Of a stretch of 64,000 bases of DNA, positions 36,873-50,794 are shown piece after piece. The notes below the pieces were generated by a model. That model saw nothing but the letters and a program-made list of their open reading frames with translations, did no database searches and had not been told where the DNA came from. The position numbers were made by a program, and so were the translations under genes. How positions within the stretch are numbered: the stretch's first letter is position 1; the number at the start of each line of letters is the position of its first letter. The DNA comes from Takakia lepidozioides (taxonomy: Eukaryota; Plantae; Bryophyta): contig CM060731.1 of the NCBI GenBank assembly GCA_030704615.1, forward strand, positions 87,668,001 to 87,732,000. The letters are read 5' to 3'.

Positions 36873-38216
36873 CTAGGGTAGCCTGTGGCGTTGTCCAGGG
36901 TCATCTAAGCCCAAGTGCAATCTCCTATGCATTCAAGTGCGTCTCCTATGTCTAGGCCCAAGTGTGACCTCCAGGGTAGCCTGTGCCGTTGGCCCAAGTG
37001 TTCAATGTCATCTTAGCCCAAGTGCAATCTCATATGCATCCAACTTTGGCGTCTCCTATGTTGAGGCTCATCTAAGTCCAAGTGCAATCCCCTATGTATC
37101 AAAGTGCGTCTCTATGTCGAGGCCCAAATGCAACCTCTAGGGTAGCCTTTGTCGTTGGCCCAAGTGTCTAGTGTCATCTAAGTCCAAGTGCAATCCCCTA
37201 TGTATCCAAGTGCATCTCCTATGTCGAGGCCCAAATGCGACATCTAGGGTAGCCTATGCCGTTGGCCCAAGTGTCCAATGTCATCTAAGCCCAAGTGCAA
37301 TCTCCTATGTATCCAAATGTGTCTCCTATGTATCCAAAGGCATCTCCCATGTGTGCGTCTCCCATGCCCGATGTATCCAAGTGCGTCTCCTATGTCGAGG
37401 CCCAAATGCGACCTCTAGGGTAGCATCTGCCGTTGGCCCAAGTGTCCAGTGTCATCTAAGCCCCTAAGTGTAAGATCTTCTATGTATCCCAGTGCATCTC
37501 CTATGTCGAGGCCCAAGTGCGACCTCTAGTGTAGCCTATGTCGTTGGCCTAGTGTGAAGAATTGAAAATCTAAGACCAAGTGCAATTTCCTATGTATCCA
37601 AATGCGTCTCCTATGTCGAGGCCAATGTAAGCCCAAGTGCAATCTTTTATTCATGTATCCAAGTGCATCTCCCGTGTAGAGGCCCAAGTGTCCAGTGTTA
37701 TCTAACCCCAAGTGGAATCTCCTACGTATCCAAGTAGGTCTCCCATGTCAAGGCCCCACCTTCTTTTTCCATGAATTTATTGAGTAGTAATATATCCAAT
37801 CATTATTGATATATCTCCCCTCTCTAGGGTAGCCTCTACAGTTGGCCCAAGTGTCCAATGTCATCTAAATGCATCAATATATAAAGCAAGCCATATCTAA
37901 TCATTTTTTTTCCACAGAACCTACGACCAGATTTGAACCGGAGACCTTTCCCTTGATATCTCTCCCGAGGCTCCAACCATTGTCCCAGGTATGCCCACTT
38001 TGCCATTTTTGCTATTTTGGGGGAATTTCCAGCGACTGTACTTGGAATTCCACATCTCTCACACTGCAGGTCCAATAATCATGAGACCAAGCCCGTGCAC
38101 CCCTCTTCGTCGAGGGCTTTCCAATGGTACCAAGCACCCATGCTGGGGCCCCGCGGTTTGGGACATCTCAACGTGACAAAACAAAACAAAACAAAACGTC
38201 TTGCTTCATAGATTGA
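36873..38216 (-). mobile_element. Non-autonomous Helitron-like element with tandemly amplified 3' termini
   Basis: Minus strand begins A|TC at 38216 and ends CTAG|T at 36873. The terminal motif GGGCCAACGGCA(C/T)AGGCTACCCTAG recurs about 7 times between 36873 and 37850. Confidence 0.65.
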
Positions 38217-39100
38217 TCATGCAACAGAACAAAATTTGAGTAAAAAGTAATCGATTCTGGTGGGCTTTAAGTCACAATTGCCAAATTACAGGAGAGCTGT
38301 AAAAGACATATACCCAAAATCATTGCACAAAATCCCGCACTCCATTCCATATCTTGATGGGATTCCTCTAGGTATGAGAATCTCAGTCCTCCTTTTGCTC
38401 TTGCTCTCTTTCTCTATTTGTGTGTGCGGCCCCCTACAGGGTACGCATTGATATAAACGAGTTTCTTTGCTGAAGGACAATAACTTTACACACTGACTGC
38501 CAATTCCCACATGAAACAACAACCCCATCCAAAGAAATGGGAAAAGCTCCTACTTCCCTGCCAGTGAATCTACATTTCTCTTCTGTAAAGAGAAGGACTT
38601 CCCAAGAAACCAGAGGCCTGCCTCACCACAGGAGGAACCTATTCCCCGAGGCACCAACGTACTGATCTTTGACCAAACAAGCTCCCCTGCACCCGAAAGA
38701 AGCCCATGCATGAAGTGAACTCGTGGCCTTTCTCTTGGACTATCCCAAACTGGTATGGGCAGGTAGCACCGTACATTTCCACAAACAATAAGTTAGGTTC
38801 AAGACCAGAGGCAGTCTGCTTAATTTCGCACCACAAAAAGGAGACATCCAACCCCCAGAACAACGGCCTGCTCACAGACACGGTTGGAGGGTCACAGACC
38901 AACAGTACACTCATGTCTGTCAGCTGGATGTGGCCATGGAACCCAGCTGGTTAAGGCACTCTTCCTGTGGTCTGGAGCTCTGAAGTTGCCACAGACAATA
39001 GACTGAAGAGACCATTTCAAACATGAATTGTTGGAAGAAAACCTCCAATGGACCAGCAAAACAAGACTGTCATCAGCAGGCGAAGAGCCTGGGTAAACTG

Positions 39101-42100
39101 TCATGCTTGCGTGCTTGCAGTGAGCGCAGCTCCCAGCTGTTTGAGACCATCGCCAATGCTGTTGAGAGCTCCAATATGGCCAGCCCCAAGCTGCATTGTA
39201 CCCCGGAATTTCTCTTTCTCAAATTCAAGCTTCTTCTCCTCCATGTCCATGTCCTCCTTGTGGCGTTTGTCTTTACGATCCTCACTCTCCATCATTGCTT
39301 CAATCACCCTCTTGTTGTTCTTCTTGAGGATCAAGGCTACACCAGCTTCCTCTGTCGGTGAAATAAGTGATGTCTTCCTCTTTTGTTTCCTCAGCAGTGC
39401 ATCAGGATCGCCATCACCATCTGAGTCCTCTGAGTCTGAGAACTCCACATCACCAGTTCCCAGCAAACTCTGGTTCCTGTGAGATGCCCCTGCAAACCCA
39501 TAACACATAAGATGACTTATTAAAACATCAAACTTAGTACTTCAAATCCTGAGGGACTACAACCCATACGAGTGAGAGATCTTTCTTGCAGATGCAGATC
39601 TCCATTCGTTTGCATTGAAAACATTCCAAGATCAGGCACCAACGTTTGGTAAATAGCTATTCCAACATTTCTAATTTACATAGAGAAGAGCTTCTGATCC
39701 TCTACGGTAACACCCTTCTCTGGCACTCGGAGAAGGACACGAGGCCACAAGCTTGCCCAACAAAGAAGCAATCAAAACCAAATTCCTTGCCTGAGGAACT
39801 ACACGACCAATTACACTATGTGCACTTTGCATCGCACATGAGATACAAATTTGGCTAAATATCTACTCTCATACGTCTTCCATCAATCTGTACAGGGGGA
39901 TTACTGGTAGAACATTGCTGCAGATGGGTCCCAAGGCCTGGTGATTGCTTGTGGTCATTGTAGCAATGATCGACCAGCTACATCCCCATCCAGCTCAGAA
40001 CTTCTCTAAAAAGCTCCCATTCAGCACTTCAGACTTTGTCAGACAACCTCCTTTTGCAATTACGTCAGTCAGTCATAGCTCCCTATCTCCATCTGCCATG
40101 GCAACAAGTAATATCATATTCCTATCTCTATGTCAGTCTCGACATGGCTCAATGTAGCTACAGCCTGTCTTTGGCAACATATATTGCAGCAAGCACCTAC
40201 AGCAAGTACCTTTTCATGTGTACCATGCAAAAGACACCTGCATTGGTGGCACAAATTTCTCTGCCACTGTCTCTGCCTTGTTCTTGCTTGGTTCTTTATC
40301 TTCTCTCTCTCTCCAACTAGGATTAGTAGCAGATGAGTGAGAAAGTAACGGGGAAGATTGGGGCAGCAGGTCAAGGCAGGAAGGGTAGGACAGTAGGGAG
40401 CCACCAAAGGCGTACACAGCTTCAAGCACACATCAAATACAAATTTCATACCATTCCAAAAAATCAAACTTATGCAACATTTCCATTGAATTTTTCGACT
40501 CGAGTCTATTACAACTCAACACCTTCCACATACATTAGCGTTCGTCAAGTATTCTATAAATTTCCCTAGTTAGATAAAAGCTGAACAAAGACATTATATG
40601 ACACAGGAAGCAACTGCTGGCATTCCTTAAAAGAGAAGAGGAAATGATTGGATCCATGGGAGATGAACTAGCAGTATTCTAAAGATTGTTATGAGAAAAC
40701 TCGGACTGTTTCAGAACATGAGCAGCCATGACTGCCCAACCCACATCCTGGCTCAAAGCAATTAACTGAAAATTAAGTGTGCTTACTAAACATTAGTAGA
40801 GCAGATCTGTCTGTCTAGCTCTCTCTCTCTCTCTCAGACACATCACTTCATATCCTTGTGGAAGGGAAAAAGGTGTCCACCAGAACACAACCGCCCTCTT
40901 AAATCCTTCCATTGTCAAAGCAATCCCCTAATCTTGCTCAATGTCATATACCATCACCATCATGTTGAGAAGTATGTTCGTCATGGAGCAGTTCCAGATA
41001 ATAGTACCTGTATGCCGCAAAGGAGCAGACGTGTCAAGCTCCCCTGGGTCAGCTGGCCGGCCCTTAATGTACCACTCTGCCAGTGCATTGTACACCTCTT
41101 TGTAAAAATTAGGGGGCATAGCCATCTTCTTCCTCTCCTCCTTGGACATCTCCCAGTATGACTTCTGGCCACCAGGAATGGCCTTCTCATGATCATTCAC
41201 TTTCTTGAACTCTGATACCAGGAGCTCCCACTTGTCCTGACACTGCTGTGCACTTTTATGGACCCCGTGACTCCAGCCATAGTCCTCTATCCATTTCCAC
41301 CTCTCTTGCGCAGTCTTATGCCTCTCTTTTAAGTTTCCCCTCCGTACCCTGTCAAAGTCCTCACGTCTTGCCGCCTGCAGAACCAAAAATACTCGTTGTC
41401 GGTTACACTCTAGCTTTGTATTTGTACCAGTATGATACCCTAGAATACAACATGACCATTATGAGCCAAAGCTTGAAACAACTTCTGCCAACCTTTCAAG
41501 CTTCATATTGGTAACAATCTACTGTACAAGAAAATCATCACCAACGATACTCACCTAATGCCTGTGTATACAAGTCATCTTATACATGCATGGTATTGTA
41601 CTGCCAGATTTTTTATCCATTACAAATTCGTACCCTCTTCACACAACCTATGATACTCCTGCAACATTTCAAATAACTAGTATCTCTTTTGCAAATGCAG
41701 AACCATGATCATATCCTCATTCAAGCAGCATATATGCCTCCTCTAAAATTCAAATCAGAGGCAACTCAGACCCCTAGGTTTTACTGCAATTACAAGGCCC
41801 TAGAGTCCCTTATCACGCTTGTGACCATCTCCTGTTATATCAGAAAGACAATAAATCATTCTGATGAAGGAGGCTCCTGAATCTATGTCGGAGTCCAACA
41901 TCTACATAGCGAACCTAAGCAAGACCTCAATCCCTGCAGCAAGAAATAAAAGTTTTGCTTTCCAAATTAAGGAATCCCACAACTCAGTTGAGATTGTTTT
42001 TTTGCTGCTTCCTGGCAATTGTTTTAATTTACATCCTCGGACTCTCGAGGAAGCCTGAGTACGGATTTACTGTCCCATGGGGCATACGGCCACAGTACAA

Positions 42101-42440
42101 ATCAGAAAAAAGTGCTTCTACTATGCGAAATCAGGCGAACTGACTACACAAAAAGTTCAACCAAGTCTAACAACACTGACGGCATAAATTACACAAAATA
42201 TCATACAGAAACGAACAACTTAGAGGCGCGTTCCACCTGCAACACTAGAATTTCAGCGGCAGTCCAATTGCCTTTCTTGTATGCCCTCCCCTTTCTTAAG
42301 CCATCCCTCTTGGGCCGGCCACCAAACACAACATCATCGTCGCTTCCTGTGTGATTCTGATGGTCCCTCTCATCAACAAGCGCACCCGCTAGCGCACGAT
42401 GGCCCAAAATGCTGGGAGGACGAACCATATGCTCAGTCAT
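39101..42440 (-). CDS. Trihelix (Myb/SANT-like, GT/ASR3-type) transcription factor, 3 exons: 42440-42237, 41374-41008, 39489-39101 (319 aa)
   Basis: KGNWTAAEILVLQ|AARR...RWKWIEDY...KSAQQCQDKWELLVSEFKKV...SYWEMSKEERK...PPNFYKEVY, then a C-terminal coiled coil. GT-AG junctions keep frame (204+367+389 = 960 nt). Confidence 0.92.
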
Positions 42441-43894
42441 CTTGCTTCATCAATCCACACTTCCTGCGATTTGTTCCTTCTTTCCAGTCAATATTTCTTT
42501 CCTCCTCCCTACTGCAGCCCCTCCATCTTTTTTCTCACTCGTCCAGACACACAACAGCCGGCCAGTCATTACCTTCACTTCTTTCCTGAAGCCACTTTAC
42601 TTCGCCAAACTCTCTGATTTCGCCCAGAAAATTAACAGAAAAATAATTCCTAAGCCCAGAGGACGAATCCCTCACTCAATTCTCTGTCCTCTCTTCCAAT
42701 TTTTCGAGAATCTTGGCCTCCTAATCTGGATTCTTGCAGCGTGACCGGTCACAAGAAGATAGCCGGTGGAAAGGGCGGTCAGACCGTTCCAAGCGACCGG
42801 CCCGTGCCACAGCTCGGGTGCCGAGTTTCCTGTATAGAAATTCAAGCCGTCGGATCTCCATCGGCCCGGGCCGTAACGCGAGGCCCGTGACCGTGCCAAC
42901 GGTTCAGATCGGCCACCGGGCAGCCCTAATACGAGCCCGCCCTTACGGACCCGGCTTTCTTGGACGGGTCTACGCCAATCGCCCTCCCACCCCACCCGTT
43001 CGATTCTCCAGCTTCCATTCTTCACCGTCGATCCGTCAGTAAACCCATGAGACGGGGGTGGAATAAAGATAATGTCAGCAAGTTACAATGTCAAAAACAA
43101 ATGCATGCAATTCATGCAAGCCCTGCCTTCTAGTAATTATGAATAGGTAGTAAAAATCTGGAAGATCACAGAGTGTTTATTAATAAATATCGGTGTAACA
43201 GGATTTGAGCCCTAAATCACCCGGGTGGCACGCAGGGTAATATCCTCATAAGCATGCACAAGAAGTTGAACTCCAGACCTAAAGACCATGAAACTGTTCA
43301 TCCACAACATGTTATTCATTAGAAATATGAACAAAATATTCTGGCAACTCTCTCGATCGAGTTGAAGAAAAAAGAAAAAAAAGAAAAAGTGGCAATGCGT
43401 CAAAAGCGGCTGAACCCTTTGCGTAGTCCTACCTTGAGAAGTCAGGGCCAACAAACCATAATACTACAATCAAAGAGTGTGTGAAGGTACTTTCCCTAAT
43501 ATTCGGGAAAGGTAAACTAGAGTCGGTTTATATTGATAGCCTCCATTGCAAATGTGAAGTATGTAAGAGTCCGTCAATATTTCTCTCAATATTTCTCTTT
43601 CAGTGAGTTTTTATTGGCTTTTCTTGTAGAGAAAGACTACCTACTTACACATCGAGTTGAAGTCAATGAAGAAAATATGGTCAAAGAACCTTACTGCGTG
43701 TCAAGGCACCGAAAGATTGGTGCGTTGTGCCTTCCTCTTATGTTTTGCCAAAGCAAGAGAGCCCAGAGTCGCCGTTTGAGGCTTGTTTATTTTTATAAAC
43801 ATAATTAATAAATTTTCAATGGTAACATATCTTCCTGTCCACCCTGGGTTTCGGAGGGTGACAGGATTCCTAGAACGGCAACAAGGAACCATCA

Positions 43895-44900
43895 AGATGG
43901 AAGGTCTGGAAGTTGGAAAACGGGTGCATACTCACATCATCCAAAGTGGATTCACGTCAAATGTTTTTCTACTCAACACCCTTGTCAACATGTATGTTAT
44001 GTGTGGGAGCATCATTGATGCTCACCAAGTGTTCAACAGAATGCCTCAACGATCTTTGATCACGTGGAATATAATGTTAGCAGGATGCAATGCGTGTGCA
44101 AGCCTGGGAGCTCTGGAAAAGGGGAAAGAGGTCCATGGTGACATTGTCAAAGCTGGAATTGTACCAAATGTCATTATGAACACTCCCCTGGTGGACATGT
44201 ATGCCAAATGTGGGTGCATTAAGGATGCAAAGGGAGTTTCCATGGCTGAACGAGATGTGGTGTCGTGGAGTGCGATGCTTGCAGGGTATGCACAGAAGGG
44301 ACGTGGTATGGAGGCTTTGGAGACCTATGATCAAATGATGGGGGAAGGGGTGAAGCCCGACCACATCACGTTTGTGTACATTTGCAATGCGTGTGTAAGT
44401 TTGTCAGCTTTGGAAAAGAGCAAAGAGGTCTATGGCGACATTGTCAGATTTGCAATTGTATCAAATGTCATTCTGAACAATACCCTCGTGGACATGTATG
44501 AAGGGAGTGTTCGACGGTATGGCTGAACGAGATGTGCTGTCGTGGAGTGCGATGATTGCAGGATATGCACAGCGAGGGCGTGGGATGGAGGCTTTGGAGA
44601 CCTATGAGCAAATGATGTGCGAAGGGGTGAAGCCCGCACTTTGCATTGCATGATGTTGAGGAAGAGCTTAAAGAATCGTCTCTTTGCCACCACAATGAGA
44701 AGCTGGCCATTGTTTTTGGGCTTATCAACACACCCTCTGGGATGTCTTTAGGGATCATCAAGAATCTTCGGATGTGTGGTGATTGCCACACAGCCACCAA
44801 ATTCATCTCAAAGATAGCTAAGCAAGAGATTGTTGTACGGGATGCAAACCGCTTTCACCACTTCCAAAATGGTGTTTGTTCTTGTGGGGAGTATTGGTGA
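43895..44900 (+). pseudogene. PLS-class PPR-DYW RNA-editing factor pseudogene (internally deleted, frameshifted)
   Basis: PLS motifs GKRVHTHII...NTLVNMY...CG, DVVSWSAMLAGYAQ, GVKPDHITFV. DYW domain CHHNEKLAI...[10 protein letters not shown]...[18 protein letters not shown]. The E domain and DYW N-terminus are missing. Confidence 0.9.
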
Positions 44901-45084
44901 AATGAAATGCTTGTCATCTAATTGAATGTATTGAACTCTGTCAACTGCGAGTCAGGTTGGACTCCAACAGTGGCAGCAAAGGCGCACGAAATCTCTTTTT
45001 GGAGAGAAATTCTCAACAATAGGTTTTGAACATAATTGGACCTTGCGAAGGTTGAAACTATAGAACAAGTTCAGAAACTGTCCT

Positions 45085-45262
45085 AGTTGATGAACAGAGG
45101 TGCAGTGACTAGGTCTTGATGGTCTTCAAGATGGTCATTCTCTGATGAAATACCCATGACTGCATATCAGAAAATAGAAACTTTCTTCAGGCCTCTTGCA
45201 CATCGGGCATTGACAATGTTCCTTTCCTCTGGGCATCTGATTATTGTTCAAAGTGAGATTCC
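45085..45262 (-). mobile_element. LINE 3'-end fragment (same family as 28280-28480)
   Basis: Nucleotide similarity to 28300-28480 (TGAACAGAGGTGCAG..GACTA...CTCTGATGA...TATCAGAAAAT...GCATTGACAAT...TTATTGTTCAAAG). Confidence 0.7.
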
Positions 45263-45399
45263 ACAACAAGTTTTATCGAGGGCAAACCAATTTTTTTAAT
45301 TAATTTATTAGATTTTATTCTATTTTTAAATGAATAAACTTGATATAATATAAAAACCTACATATACATATTTGAGGGTATTTTTTAATTATTGAAAAT

Positions 45400-45594
45400 G
45401 GAAATATACATACAGAAGGGGGTACTTTTTAAAAATTATAAATTTCTATATATTTACAGGAGGGGGTTTTATAATCTTCAAAATGTATGTACAGAGGGGA
45501 TATAAAGGATCCAAGGACCCGTATACAGGGGGTTTTTTTATTAGGCGGCGAACGCACGTGATACGGACATTTTATAAAGAGTGCACCCCCCAGG
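45400..45594. mobile_element. Terminus A of a Pack-type TIR element (TIR CCTGGGGGGTGCACTC), followed by 8-bp TSD ATGCAACC at 45595-45602
   Basis: GAGTGCACCCCCCAGG is identical to 55351-55366; subterminal TACAG(G)AGGGGG repeats. Confidence 0.8.
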
Positions 45595-48500
45595 ATGCAA
45601 CCATGACACTGAACTGCTCTATTTACATATTATACATTCACACATTTGCTCTTCTCATACAGTGACATCTTGAACTGTTTTGGTCTATGGAATTAGGAAA
45701 TTACTACTACAACTGAAGCTGTGGAGGCTGGGACGCTTGCAACCATTATTGACGACATTGATGCAGGGAATTGGGGGCAGATGAGTATGAAGAGGATACA
45801 ACATCTAGTGGTCCTCTTTCTCTAGATGCCAAACAGGCAATTATTCTGGAAAAGAAACAAGATCTGAATGTAACTTTCAGGTCCCGCCTCATTGAGGATG
45901 GAGTTATGGACATTCCATTTTGTCGCATGATTTCTATGCAGGTTGTTAGGCCCGCCTTTGCCAACGACATCCTAAAGCTTAGAGGAGACTTCTACTCCGG
46001 ATACCATCCAGGAGCAGCCGTGTTCTATGTTTCTGTTGAGGGGATTGATGGATCTACTATAGATGTGGGTCCTGATATCATCTCTATATGGGATAGTCAT
46101 TGGAAAACAATATGATGAGTTTGAGAAGTATCTTGAGTCCAAGCCAAAGTTGCATCATCTTCGGGGGAAGATGTTTCATGTCTGGGATGGCAATCATAGG
46201 CTTCAAGCATGGTATCCCTATATCAATGAAGTTCATGGGGCAACTTGTCAAGACATCTTTGTGTGACAAGTTGGGTACTCAATGCGGACATTGAAAATCG
46301 TGGTTCCCTCAGGTCCATCATGGATGGAGTGAATGTGTGAGTTTCTTTTCTATTCTTCATTTACTTTCATGTTCAATGTGTCATGTTCTTTCTCAATGGA
46401 TGTACATATACACATCTTCTTTCTAATGATCACATTTTATATGTGCAGGGGCAACAGAGAGGGCACATGTTACATCCAAATTTGTGCACTTGGTTTGCAA
46501 GGTCAATATGATTGCCCTTACACCTGTCTCTAAATGGAAGAATGTATTGAGGAAAGAGCAATACGACGAATGCATCAATGACAGAGATTTTGTACAAGGT
46601 AACATCATGTCTTAACCAAGTTTCATTCTTTGCATCCATAGACAAGATTCACCTCTAGTTCATGTTATGAACTGTTTTGGTTCTTTTGGTAGCATGATAT
46701 TGTTGAGGCCCAACGCATGGCGGGGGAAGCTTACAAACTTGCTGAGGGGCCAAAGAGTCAAGAGGGCCTTGAAGATACAATGAGACAGGCTAGATTGAAA
46801 GCAAGGGAGCAACACAAGAGTCAGCTTGTGAAGTTGCTTCCTATTGCTGATCCAAGGAGAGGGGTTTCTCCAAGAACTTAAACTGCATTGGTCACGTGTA
46901 AAGGCAGGATCAGAGGAAATGACCCAAGAGAAAATGGTGAACATTGCTACAGCCCGGGTGGATCCTGAAGAAAAGGTGGAATGGCTACATATATGGAATG
47001 GAGACCAAACACTTCACGACCGTAATTTTTTTCCACCCGAGCCTATCAGTGGGCCAACACTTGATCCTTGGCTGAATAGAAGGACTTTTTGGTGGCAGGT
47101 ACATATACAATCACTATCTTCTCAATGCAATTGATTCATTTTGTTGATGACACATTAACATAGTTATTTAACTGACTGTATTTTCTGGCAGCTTTGCAAG
47201 GTTGCCTTGGCTCAGTTTGCCTTGTACACCACTCAGCTTGGCCAATTTCATGTTTCTTTGGAGGAAGGAGAGAGTGAGAGTCTGGGAGACTACATGCATA
47301 CATGGAAGATGACTCATTTCAATGAGTTGTTTCATAGAGAGTTCTCATTGCCAAAGGGGCCATTCAGAGGCAATGATTGGGAAAAACAAACAGGTGGGGA
47401 GAAGGTGGTGAGACGGATTTTATTCAGGTACAATCTTTCCATTGCATTGTACATAGACAGTGTATACACCTTGTAAGTCAAAAATGTCTATGCTTCAAGT
47501 ATTTTTCTAGTACATTGGGATAACATGTTTCTTAATGTGTTTGTTCAATTGTTGAACAGGTTGCATAAATATTTGTCTCCACAATAACTTTGAATGTGTT
47601 TGTATTTTAGGTACATGAGATTTGTGTTTGTACCGAGTGGTCGACTTAAGGCTGAGCCCAAGTTTATGATGGCCTGGAAGTTTGGTGCTCAACAAGCTTC
47701 CATGTACACACCTGCAATTGAGGAAGATTGGGGTGTGGAACACCGGGGAAGCGGGGGGGTGGTATTTGGATATGCCCAAGGGTACTATCCCCTATGCAAA
47801 AATGGGACTTCATAAGGAATGTGTTCGCAGGCAGTCAGTGAGTGATGAAGGGGGTATCTCCACTGAAGTCCCTATTTTTTATCTTGAGCATGCAGAACAG
47901 ATTGCTACATAGGCCACTCACGTTGTAGCCCAAGTGGTCCCTGCGGTTGTGGGTGTACCAAAACGCAAATCACGAAAAAGAAAATGTGCGGATGTCAATG
48001 CAGGTGTGGCCCCCAATGCAGGTGTGGCTTCTATTGCTGATCCTATTGGTAGTTCTTCACATCCTTCAAATCAGTTGGTTGTAGTGCCTGCACCTACTAC
48101 TCGAGGAAATAAGCCAAAGGCAGGCGAACATCCTTACAGTGCAGTGTCATTTTCCGGTGGTGCACCTAGCATGCATCGCATGAAGATCATGTCTGATATG
48201 GTGGAGGCCTCAAGTACATCTCCTGATGCGACCTTGAAAGAGCTCATGGAGTTCTTAAAAAATGTGAGTTTCCCCCAACAAACAAATTTGAATGTAAGGA
48301 ATTCTTCGATGTTTTTACATCCTCATCATCCGGCTATTGACTCCTACATTTTCTGTATGTTGTTTGCAGTTGCCAGGAACTTGGTCTAGTGTTGTGGATG
48401 GAAAAAGCGTGCCTGTGGCTGTGGACATGATCACCGTGGACTGCCCGACAGAAATGCCTGTACAGGGCTGTTTGGATGGTGTACAGGTTCCTCCCTGGAA

Positions 48501-49700
48501 TGCTTTTGATAAACGGTATTGGGAGTATGCATTCTCCATTGCTAATGACCTGTTGGATGACAATGGATGCTTGGTGTTCTTGCAGGGCTCCGATGATTCC
48601 TTTGCATTGGAGCTCTTTTCTTACTCCAGGGGTAGCTCTATTTTCATTGTTTGATGTTTCATCTTCCTACTCTCATACATATTATTAAACCATCCGGATA
48701 CACTGTTTTTGTGGAAATGGCACATCTAACAGACCATGTTCTTCCACGCCCATGTCCTCACCAAGCAAGGAGGACTATTCAAACTGCGCGAGTCTGGCAA
48801 AGTTGTGGACCCCCTTGTAGACTCTGTTGAGTTGGATGCCATCTACAACCACATTCCAGATGTTGCACTGCCCATGCAAACTCCTCAACAAGCTTGGAGG
48901 GGTGCGCGAGACCGTAGTCCCGCCTTCATGCAAGTGTTGTTGGAGACATGCTCACCTCCTGGCTCCCGCATTTTGGATCTCACAGCTAGCACAGGTTTGC
49001 ATTGGTCTCCATTTTGTAATTAAAATCTTCTGAGTTGATTCATGATCATTAACTGTTATCCGATATAATATCACCATTGCATGTTTTTTTCCTGCAGGTT
49101 CTACATTTATTGCTGCCCGCGAGTCTGGACGTCATGTATTTGGTCTTGAGGGGGACCAGACGTTGTATGCAGCACGTCTCTCTGCACTTCAAAATATTCA
49201 ACCTGTTTTGATTTCATCTGTGGTAACTCCAACCATTCAACGTCCTGTGAGTTTGTTGGAACCCCCCGCTCCCAAGGTGGCGCGCAAGCTTGGTCTTCAT
49301 CTCGGCCGTACTTCCTAGTGAGTATGTCTCGCCTCCATTCCCTTTGTTGCAATCTCTATATTATTTGCAAAGCAAACCATTCCCATTTGATTTGTTAACA
49401 TAAGTATATATGTATGTGTGATGCAGTGATGGGATTGTGCGGACCATCTACGACAGTCTACCCCAAAGTCCTCTTTCATTGTTTTATCTACCTTCGTATG
49501 CCGAGTCCCAAGCTTTGCATTCAACACATCAACTACGTGATGTAGGTCTTTCCAATGATCTGTTGTTTGACCGAAAACCAGCTACTGTTGGACAATCCGT
49601 GGATAGGTTGCGTAGAGTTGAGGCTTTCATGGATGTGTATGCCTCTAAATCACAGGCTTATGACACGGATGATGAAGTATCAGCTGATGATGTTATGTAG
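45595..49700 (+). pseudogene. Spliced MULE cargo gene, copy 2 (3' part): ParB/Srx-like domain plus beta-class methyltransferase-like domain
   Basis: IPFCRMISMQVVRPA...AVFYVSV...GKMFHVWDGNHRLQAW; DMITVDCPT...VPPWN...YW...LLDDNGCLVFL; RSPAFMQVLLETCS...RILDLTASTG, intron 48995-49097, then STFIAARESGRHVFGLEGD. Collinear with copy 1, with shared intron positions. Confidence 0.82.
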
Positions 49701-50709
49701 ATAATTAGAAATTACATATACAATACATTGTCTTCATTGTCAGTCCAAATTTTTGGTTATTTTTTATGATACATGTCTTTCTCTCTAGTGTAAGGTAAAA
49801 CAAATGGGGCAAATGACATGGTGTTGAAATCAGATTTCATGTTATCTTCCTGTCATTTGATTTATCTATGTAATAGTTTGTACATAGATCTCTACTGCAT
49901 TTCATAGATCCCTTTACCGGAATGCAAGTTCGATATGCACTTCAGCACTATCAAATTTCATCATTAGTAAGATCAACCCTTATGAGTATTGTGGCATGTT
50001 ATGTACACACAGGGTGACTATCTTTATCTCATTAGTGTTTCATTTCATTAGTGTTTCAAGTCTGAATGGGTAGTATAGTGGTATGAACTAGGCTTGATAC
50101 CTAATAGGTTGTGGGTTCCATCTCTGATGGACATTATGTTTTTGTAAAATAAAAATGTTTCAGAAGATAGATATATAGATACTGCAAAACCTTTGTAACA
50201 AGATTAAATGGGTGGTGGTTTGGTAAGGATTATGTTTTTAAGTTATGAGATTGCGGGTTCGATTACCAATCAATAGTCTTTTTTGTACAATTGAATTCCC
50301 TTGCGGGCCATCGCCATTTACTACCCAAATGCGGAGGCGGACCATCTCCATCACATTGTCAAGCTCCCTAGCATTCCTTGAGCATTGCTCCATTCTGAAC
50401 TTCAAACTAGACTCCCACCATTGGAAGAGCCCGTACCTTCACCATTTGTATCTAACAAGGAGTTGTGCCTCGTCACTTTTTAATTTTTCGACCTTTTTTC
50501 TCATGTTGGAAAGCCATAAAAGCAACATGTTCCTCTCCCATTCCTACACTCACCCATGTGGAATAATAATACAATGAATATAGAATATTCTATATAGAAT
50601 ATTCTTATTCCATCATTTTGATATTTTGACTATGGACCCTAAGATTAGATGAATCACAATTTTTTCGTTTTTTGGGTACCCTTATTTAAGTGTTGTGCAT
50701 ATAAAATTG

Positions 50710-50794
50710 TTCCTATGCATATCTAAAATTTGTATGCACGCATACATTCCTCCATATGCATGCATTTGTGTGCGCATATAGTATAGGCTACCTC
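50710..50794. mobile_element. Putative MULE-2 terminus (ParB-MTase side)
   Basis: ATGCAT-rich tract ending GCATATAGTATAGGCTACCTC, resembling the MULE-1 end ATAGCAAACCTC and 60285-60374; no matching TSD found. Confidence 0.45.

Noticed and set aside
43895-44900. Functional PPR-DYW editing factor
   Set aside because: Frameshifts, internal deletions, missing E domain and DYW N-terminus, and no clear start or targeting peptide.
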